Below, one piece after another: positions 58,131 through 64,000 of a stretch of DNA of 64,000 nt. The position numbers and the translations under genes are program-made. Below the pieces are notes generated by a model. It saw only the letters and a list, made by a program, of their open reading frames with translations, made no database searches and was not told the DNA's origin. Position 1 is the stretch's first letter; each line of letters opens with the position of its first letter. Where the stretch lies: positions 13,178 to 77,177 of the forward strand of contig DBJE01000010.1 of assembly GCA_002297045.1 (NCBI GenBank), in the 5' to 3' direction. The DNA comes from Bacillales bacterium UBA784. GTDB lineage: Bacteria > Bacillota_I > Bacilli_A > RFN20 > CAG-288.

Positions 58131-59153
58131 ATGGCAGAGAATAAAGAAAAGGCCCAAAAGTTCGATTTCCGCTCTTATTGGAAAAGGAAGGGCGCTGATC
58201 GAAAAAAATACCGTAAGAAATGGTTTAAAGCGACGGAACTTGGAAAAATGCTTGACCACGCCTTCTATAAGGAGGTTAGTGTAGATCTTTCTCCTGAGCA
58301 GGACGGAAGCCTTGTTAAGACCATTCGTAAGCCAAGAATCACGAAAAGGATTCTTATCCTTGTCATTCTTGCACTTGTTATCGCTCTTAGCTTCCTCCCA
58401 TTTAATTATGAGAAGGATGTCCGCATCAACTGGACGGCATTCGGAGACAATTTCAAGAGTCTGTTTACTCCGAATCCCCTTCGTACAAAGAACTGGGCAG
58501 GTTGGTGGAAATTCGGATGGGAAAGCTTTGCTGTCGGTATTCGGACTCCTCTGATCAACTCTCTTCCGTTTTTGCAGATTTTCTGCATCAATTTCAGGGC
58601 GACAGTCCTAGGAGCTGTCATTGCTATTCCGATTTACTATCTCTGCGCCAATAATGTTAATCATAATCGTATCATTCGTACGATTGTCAAGGTATTCAAC
58701 GATATTCTTCGCTGTATTCCTATGTTTGTCATTTGTGTCATCTTTGCTAGGGTTATGGGAATCGGGACAGTTCTTCCCGCTGTCCTGTCCATTGGGCTTT
58801 TCTCTCTCGGTATCAGGTACCAGATGAGGTACGAATATCTTGAGACCCTCAACAGGCGTCCTTTTGAATCGATACGTTCTTGTGGCGGAACGAATCTACA
58901 GTCGGTCTTCCTTGGTCTGCATCCGGAAGTCAAGCCGATGTTCTTCGCCTATTCCATCTATACTTTGGAAATCAATATCCGTGCCTCTGTTGTCCTTGGC
59001 TATGTCGGAATCAGTTCTACCTATAGGAATGCTTTGGAAATCTTCATTGAAAACGCCTGGTATGATTATGTCGGGGCAAGGATTCTTCCTCTCTTCTTTG
59101 TTGTTGCCGTTCTTCAGATTGTTTCGAATACCTTGGTGAGAAAACTACGATGA
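58131..59153 (+). CDS. phnE: PhnE-type ABC transporter permease 1
   Basis: Polytopic protein positioned after phnC. Its stop overlaps the next start (ATGA). It has a long N-terminal cytoplasmic region. Confidence 0.75.
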   Translation: MAENKEKAQKFDFRSYWKRKGADRKKYRKKWFKATELGKMLDHAFYKEVSVDLSPEQDGSLVKTIRKPRITKRILILVILALVIALSFLPFNYEKDVRINWTAFGDNFKSLFTPNPLRTKNWAGWWKFGWESFAVGIRTPLINSLPFLQIFCINFRATVLGAVIAIPIYYLCANNVNHNRIIRTIVKVFNDILRCIPMFVICVIFARVMGIGTVLPAVLSIGLFSLGIRYQMRYEYLETLNRRPFESIRSCGGTNLQSVFLGLHPEVKPMFFAYSIYTLEINIRASVVLGYVGISSTYRNALEIFIENAWYDYVGARILPLFFVVAVLQIVSNTLVRKLR

Positions 59154-60064
59154 AACAGAAAAAGAATCAAATCAATCGGAAACCTAGCTTATTTAAGAAA
59201 TGTCTGTACTTCTTCACTTCTGATAAAAAAGGCAGGACCCATTATAAAGATCCCATCTCTGCCTATCAGGCACGTCCAAGAAGGTGGATAGTCAATCTTG
59301 TTTCCTTTGTTATTTTTGTCATCGTCCTCATTTTCAGGGGAAACTATATCGGAATCAAGAATGCGTTTGATAGTCCGATTAATGGTGAACTTGTTGCCCA
59401 GCGGTGCCATGATTTCTTCTTATTCGACTGGGACTACTTCGTCGGAAAAGGACTCTACAATTTCAACGAAGGGGTTATTTATGGTTGTTTTGTTACTCTG
59501 GGAATCACCATTATCGGAACCAGTGTAGGATTCCTCCTCTCTATCCCCTTCGGTTTCTTTGCTTCCCATGTTCTTTTCAAAAAATGGGCCCTCATCTCTG
59601 AATTTATCCTTATCCTTATCCGTACTTTCCCGGAACTTCTTCTGGCTTTGTTCTTTGTTGCCTTATCCGGACAGACATGGCTTACCGCTATCCTTTGCCT
59701 TAGCATTCATTCCATCGGAAGGATCGGCAAGCTCTATGCGGATCAGCTTGATGAAGCCGACCTTGACGGATTAGAGGCCTTAGATGCCCAGGGTGCCGGT
59801 CCGGTTCAACGTGTGTTGTGCGGCGTCGTTCCGGAAGTTATTCCTAGCTTTCTCTCGGTGGGACTTTATCGTTTGGATATCAATCTTCGTACTGCTACAA
59901 CACTAGGTCTTGTCCTTTCCTCCGATGCCGGAATCGGTTTCTCGATTCTTCTTGATTTAAGTAAGAACTCTTATTCCCATCTTGGTGCTGATACGTTCGG
60001 TATTGTTATCAGGATTATCTTGGTCGATTTCTTCTCTTCTTGGCTAAGAAAGAAAATCGTCTGA
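59150..60064 (+). CDS. phnE: PhnE-type ABC transporter permease 2
   Basis: Polytopic. The ALDAQGAGPVQRV... EAA-like loop is typical of PhnE. Confidence 0.75.
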   Translation: MKQKKNQINRKPSLFKKCLYFFTSDKKGRTHYKDPISAYQARPRRWIVNLVSFVIFVIVLIFRGNYIGIKNAFDSPINGELVAQRCHDFFLFDWDYFVGKGLYNFNEGVIYGCFVTLGITIIGTSVGFLLSIPFGFFASHVLFKKWALISEFILILIRTFPELLLALFFVALSGQTWLTAILCLSIHSIGRIGKLYADQLDEADLDGLEALDAQGAGPVQRVLCGVVPEVIPSFLSVGLYRLDINLRTATTLGLVLSSDAGIGFSILLDLSKNSYSHLGADTFGIVIRIILVDFFSSWLRKKIV

Positions 60065-60083
60065 TTCCTTCACCTAATCAAAA

Positions 60084-60116
60084 CTCCTCTGGCCTTCGTG
60101 GCCGGAGGAGTTTTTT
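60084..60116 (+). terminator. rho-independent terminator of the phn-like operon
   Basis: CTCCTCTGGCC ttcgt GGCCGGAGGAG followed by TTTTTT. Confidence 0.75.
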
Positions 60117-60159
60117 CTTCTTAACGGACGGGAGACTAGGCGTAGTCTTCTGCGGAGAA

Positions 60160-60818
60160 CGGCAACAGGAAAAGTGGGCCACTATCGAATTTGCCCATCT
60201 TCATCCTCTAAGGGAAAGGGCTGTATGTTCCGGCTTTTTTCTAAACGGAACGAAGACGTTCGTGCCATTTCTTTCCCTAGGAAAAGTGACAGATATATCC
60301 CCGGAGTTCCATCCGGGAGGCCTAGTCTATCTTTACTTAGAGGAGGAACTGATTCTGAATAACGGGAAAAAAGAGTCCACTCCTTCACCCTTTTGATTCT
60401 TGCCTTATCCCTAAGGAAGTTTTTCTCTGCCGGAGAAGCAATAAAGGCAGCGGATATGCCGAAATCCATGTCCGAAAGGAAATCGAAGAAGTGAAAAGCT
60501 CGGTTAAGGCCGAAGAAGTCTTTTACCACACGAAGATGAACAATATTCAGAAAGAAGGCATTGCCAACCGGAATCTAAGGCCAAATGATAAGAGGAAGTC
60601 TGTCCGGATGGCGTTAGACAAGGGACAGGAACCTTCTCCTTATCGCGTTCCTGACAATGCACTCGTTTTTCTTCTGGAAGCCGTGGCAGTCCTCACCGAT
60701 GAAGGAAAAGACTATGGTATAAAAGTAAGGGAAGAGTTCCGCTTTGAAACAAATGGTTCTTCGTGCCTTAAAGGCGCCAACCCCCTTTAAAATGGCCCTC
60801 CTCCTTTCCCTGGAATAG
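60160..60818 (+). pseudogene. decayed copy of the cupin gene 54691..55341
   Basis: Fragments in two frames (ORFs 60040..60396 and 60491..60790) align along the intact cupin: FLSLGKVTDIS vs FFSLGQGTDIS, and RMALDKGQEPSPYRVP vs LMALDKGQELSSHRAP. There is a stop at 60394-60396 and a frameshift before KMALLLSLE. The 3' ends are similar at the nucleotide level. Confidence 0.7.
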
Positions 60819-61048
60819 AAAAAAGGCTTCCTGCCTTGTCTCATGACTAATGACAGGAAACCTTTCCGTGATTGGATGTGCGCAGGATATGAACAGTTAG
60901 GTTGCGGTTTTGAACGCATTTGGCTGCTTCCACGTCGGCAGGAAAGAAAGCCGGGATTTCTCAGAGATATGACTTCTCCTTGTGCCCAGGAAAAGAAACG
61001 GAGCCTAGAAGTTGTATCCGTGCTCTCAATGCTGAGCAGGCCTAAGGC

Positions 61049-62818
61049 CTATTTGGCGTTAATGGCAATAGCAACAGTATTAGAGGAATATCCGATTTCA
61101 AGCTCCATGATTTTATTTTCTTTATTGACTTGAATCGTTTTTGTATAGATATCACCTTGGAAGTGTGTTCCTGAATTGCCTTTATCTAAGGCAAAACCAT
61201 TCTTTTCCAGTTTCGATTCCAAAGCCTTCACCTGGTTTAGGCCGGTCCCTGACAAAATCCGGTATTCGATGGCATAGTAGCGTTCTTTGCCCTCGTTCCC
61301 CTCTTCGTCTACCCCGTCTGAATAGTAAAGACCGGCAACCGATTCCTTTCCCCCAAGGATAGGAATCAAATCAAGGTTTTCCTTGCTGCCAAGAAGGGCG
61401 ATGACATTTTTGAGGATTTCACTATATCCGCTGACCAGATCGGATGTCTTTAATCCGTCCGTCGTTTCCTTTACGACGATGTCTGATCCGATATCCTCAT
61501 CGTCTAGGAAGGTATAAACGATCTCTTCGGTTTTCTGTGGATAGGTGAAATTGATGTTGAAGGTGACATTGCTTGAAGAGAGCTTGATCTTCCTCTCTCC
61601 GACAATCCTACCCTCTCCCGACCTATTGTAAATCTTGGTCGTGGAAAACATCGCCTTTTTGTTGTAAACGTAGGTGTTTAATTGATTCTCGTCCTTTTCA
61701 AAGAAGACACTCGACCTTTTAAAGGAAGGAAGAAGGGCGGTGACGGAGGCTTTTACCTTATCATGGTAGGCATAATATTCGTTGTTTAATCTGACCGCCT
61801 GTTGAATATAGCCACCGTCTTTGTACTGATAGAGGAACTCATTACTGATGCCTTGAGAAGACGAAGAAAGCAAAAGGCTCTTTCCATCTGTCTTTCCGGA
61901 GACCATGCTCTCCACTTCTAAGGCACTTTGGTCGGCATTCGGAGCAGAGATGGTGTCTACAAAGCTGTATTGGTTTGTTCTTAGTTTCTCTAAAGCCGCC
62001 TCTAGTTCAGGTTTTTCTGCATCGGTTGAGACGTTCACTTCTTTGTCGAAGGAAAAACCGTCTCCGGGGATGACATCCCCGGTAATGTTCCTTTCTGTCT
62101 GGCTAAATCCACCGTAAGGATTGAACAGGAGGGAGAAGGTGAAGGAATCTGTTTCTTCATCAAAGATGAAAGAGAACTCTTTTATGGTCCGTCCTGGGTT
62201 CTTCGGGTAGAACTGTTCGGCAAGCTTTGGAAGGAGGTTGCTGTTCTTGACCGAAGATGTATCTAAGACAAAGGCGTTATCTCCGGAAAAGAGAAAGTCG
62301 TCAATAGTCAGGGAAGAGAAAAGATTGATATAGCTCGAATCTTTCCATTTGACTGTGGCTTCGTCCTCTCCGATAGGAGCCGGAGAATAATCAACACGAT
62401 TGTCTATACCAAGGATCGGTTCACTGACATAAGGCGTCTCTGCGCTAGGATCATAGGTGTAATAGTAGGAAATATAGACTGTACTTCTATCTGCCTCTGC
62501 GTTCTGTTTGCTCTCATAACGGACGAATTCATATCCATCATCCTTGACGAAGACGTCCAGGCAGTAGTTACTATATCCCTCGTCCGTGTAATAGAAGTTC
62601 TTTCCCTTGAACGAATATCCCTTTTTCCTTTGTACAAGGAAGTCTTCAAAATGTTCTTCGGCAGTCTTTGGGGGAATGACAGTGGTGGGGGACTGGCTGT
62701 CTGGAATTGAATTCCCACTATTTTGCTTTTCGCCTGTGCCTGTTTTATTTCCCGAGCAGGAAGCAAGAAGCGAGAGAGGGAGAAAAAAGAGAATGATACG
62801 CTTACCTTTCATATCCAT
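61049..62818 (-). CDS. hypothetical lipoprotein
   Basis: 589 aa with lipobox LLASCSGN. No recognisable catalytic motif. Confidence 0.7.
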   Translation of the reverse strand: MDMKGKRIILFFLPLSLLASCSGNKTGTGEKQNSGNSIPDSQSPTTVIPPKTAEEHFEDFLVQRKKGYSFKGKNFYYTDEGYSNYCLDVFVKDDGYEFVRYESKQNAEADRSTVYISYYYTYDPSAETPYVSEPILGIDNRVDYSPAPIGEDEATVKWKDSSYINLFSSLTIDDFLFSGDNAFVLDTSSVKNSNLLPKLAEQFYPKNPGRTIKEFSFIFDEETDSFTFSLLFNPYGGFSQTERNITGDVIPGDGFSFDKEVNVSTDAEKPELEAALEKLRTNQYSFVDTISAPNADQSALEVESMVSGKTDGKSLLLSSSSQGISNEFLYQYKDGGYIQQAVRLNNEYYAYHDKVKASVTALLPSFKRSSVFFEKDENQLNTYVYNKKAMFSTTKIYNRSGEGRIVGERKIKLSSSNVTFNINFTYPQKTEEIVYTFLDDEDIGSDIVVKETTDGLKTSDLVSGYSEILKNVIALLGSKENLDLIPILGGKESVAGLYYSDGVDEEGNEGKERYYAIEYRILSGTGLNQVKALESKLEKNGFALDKGNSGTHFQGDIYTKTIQVNKENKIMELEIGYSSNTVAIAINAK

Positions 62819-62832
62819 ACCTCCGGACGAGA

Positions 62833-64000
62833 CTATTTGGTATCGGTTGTCTCAACAACCTTGATGGTGATGTCGGAAGAAATCGTATAATTATAACTAG
62901 TGAGGCCCTCATTCTTGATTTCCACACCCTTGTCATTGAATACTTGAAGTTGGAAATCGTGTCCTTCCGGAGCTGTGATACGGATCTGAAGGATGATTTT
63001 TCCTGTGCTATCAGGAATTAAGGCGCCGTCTAAACTATTGAGGACGCTACCGTAATTGACAACATAATAAAGCTTATATCCTTCCGGAGCTATCACAGTT
63101 GCCTTATAGCTTTCACTAGTTGATGGATTACTTTCGGCGGCGAGGCGAATCTTGGTCAGGCCTTCGACGACGGGAATCGAGTAACTGAAGTAACCTTTCA
63201 CTACTTCCGTTTCTTCCCCATTAATAGTCTGATAGACATGGAGAGTCTTATCGCTTACTGTGCTCTTTAAAGAAGCATAAAAGGAAATGCTTTCCCCGAT
63301 AAGGAATTGGGCGCACGTCTTCGTGTCTGAAATCTCAGCATGGCTTTGACTTCCGGTCCCGGAAACAGATGTCCTAGTCGATGAATCATAGCCTTCCAGA
63401 GTGACTGTCGCCTTGGCGGCTTCCTTAAAAACGGCTTTGATTGACAAAGAGGCGACATCCGGCATGACAAAGGTTCCGCTCTTTCCGTTCCTGACCGTCT
63501 TGATTTCTTCTCCGGTCGCCATATTGATTATCTTTTCGAAGGAATAATAGATTGATTCTGGTTCGACAGAGAAAGAGACGGTTTCTCCCTTTCGGTAAGT
63601 GCTGCGGACAAGGCTGAGTGTTCCATGCTCGGCGATTTCGTTTGTGATGACAATGCCATCTGCCGTAACAAGTTCGACCGAGCAGTCCCCTTCTTTCGGC
63701 CTTCGCCTTTCAAGATAGAGGACCCCAGTGCTGTCATTTTCGGCATAGACATAGCTTCCCTTGTTCCCGTCTTGGTCAATAGTCCGCGCACTTGTCACGA
63801 CTTTTCCATCGACAGTGACAGGATAGAGAAGAAAGACGGCATTTGCCCCACAGTATTCGCTTTCTTCTTTTGTGGTTTTGTTGACTATCTTGCAGGATTT
63901 GATGTCTTGGTTTGGCAAAAGGGTAATCTTACCGTTTTCCTTGCAGGGGAAGGTGATTGTAATATCCGAATCGGCCACAGTAAGCTTAAAGTAGGTTTCG
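62833..64000 (-). CDS. hypothetical beta-rich secreted/surface protein, 5' end outside the window
   Basis: The reading frame stays open to the window edge. Its stop lies 14 nt upstream of the lipoprotein start, so the two are likely co-transcribed. Confidence 0.55.
   Translation of the reverse strand, partial: ETYFKLTVADSDITITFPCKENGKITLLPNQDIKSCKIVNKTTKEESEYCGANAVFLLYPVTVDGKVVTSARTIDQDGNKGSYVYAENDSTGVLYLERRRPKEGDCSVELVTADGIVITNEIAEHGTLSLVRSTYRKGETVSFSVEPESIYYSFEKIINMATGEEIKTVRNGKSGTFVMPDVASLSIKAVFKEAAKATVTLEGYDSSTRTSVSGTGSQSHAEISDTKTCAQFLIGESISFYASLKSTVSDKTLHVYQTINGEETEVVKGYFSYSIPVVEGLTKIRLAAESNPSTSESYKATVIAPEGYKLYYVVNYGSVLNSLDGALIPDSTGKIILQIRITAPEGHDFQLQVFNDKGVEIKNEGLTSYNYTISSDITIKVVETTDTK

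Noticed and set aside
1-64000. Search for tRNA, rRNA, tmRNA and CRISPR repeats, especially a CCU-anticodon tRNA that would explain AGG decoding.
   Set aside because: I could find no T-loop/acceptor-like pattern in the intergenic regions and no regularly spaced repeats. The decoding tRNA must lie elsewhere. A visual scan is not exhaustive.

Overview
This 64-kb chromosomal segment looks like it comes from a Firmicute (Bacilli/Erysipelotrichia-like, plausibly an uncultivated gut or rumen organism). I call about 45 protein genes and found no rRNA, tRNA, CRISPR array or intact IS element. The content is mostly a Gram-positive glycan-utilisation repertoire. It has three GH3 enzymes: one cytoplasmic with canonical domain order, and two membrane-tethered paralogs with reversed domain order. 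Each reversed-order paralog sits next to an AgrC/AgrA-type GHKL kinase plus LytTR regulator pair. There is also a GH2, a CUT1-type sugar ABC importer, a GPH symporter, and many lipoproteins carrying Big_2 or CBM-like beta-sandwich modules. Other genes include envelope functions (GT39-like, LtaS/MdoB-like, GT2, rfbB), a PhnCDEE-type ABC transporter, gldA, alsD, kdgT, an AEC transporter and a ProX/YbaK editing protein. The key observation is that AGG codons repeatedly sit at invariant methionine positions of well-known motifs, at lipobox -3 positions and inside transmembrane helices. Conserved arginines use CGN or AGA instead. AGG therefore appears to be decoded as Met, and every R in the supplied ORF track that derives from AGG is probably M. 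Further observations: one GH3 is interrupted by a single in-frame TGA at a conserved Gly; a 65-bp iteron-containing direct repeat brackets an AAA+/DUF4143 ATPase gene; an intact cupin gene and a decayed copy bracket the phn-like operon; a long-range inverted repeat can sequester the RBS of the GPH transporter; cre-like boxes precede several operons; stop-codon usage is unusually TAG-rich; and a 1.5-kb stretch has no genes. All family assignments come from motif recognition by eye, with no searches run.
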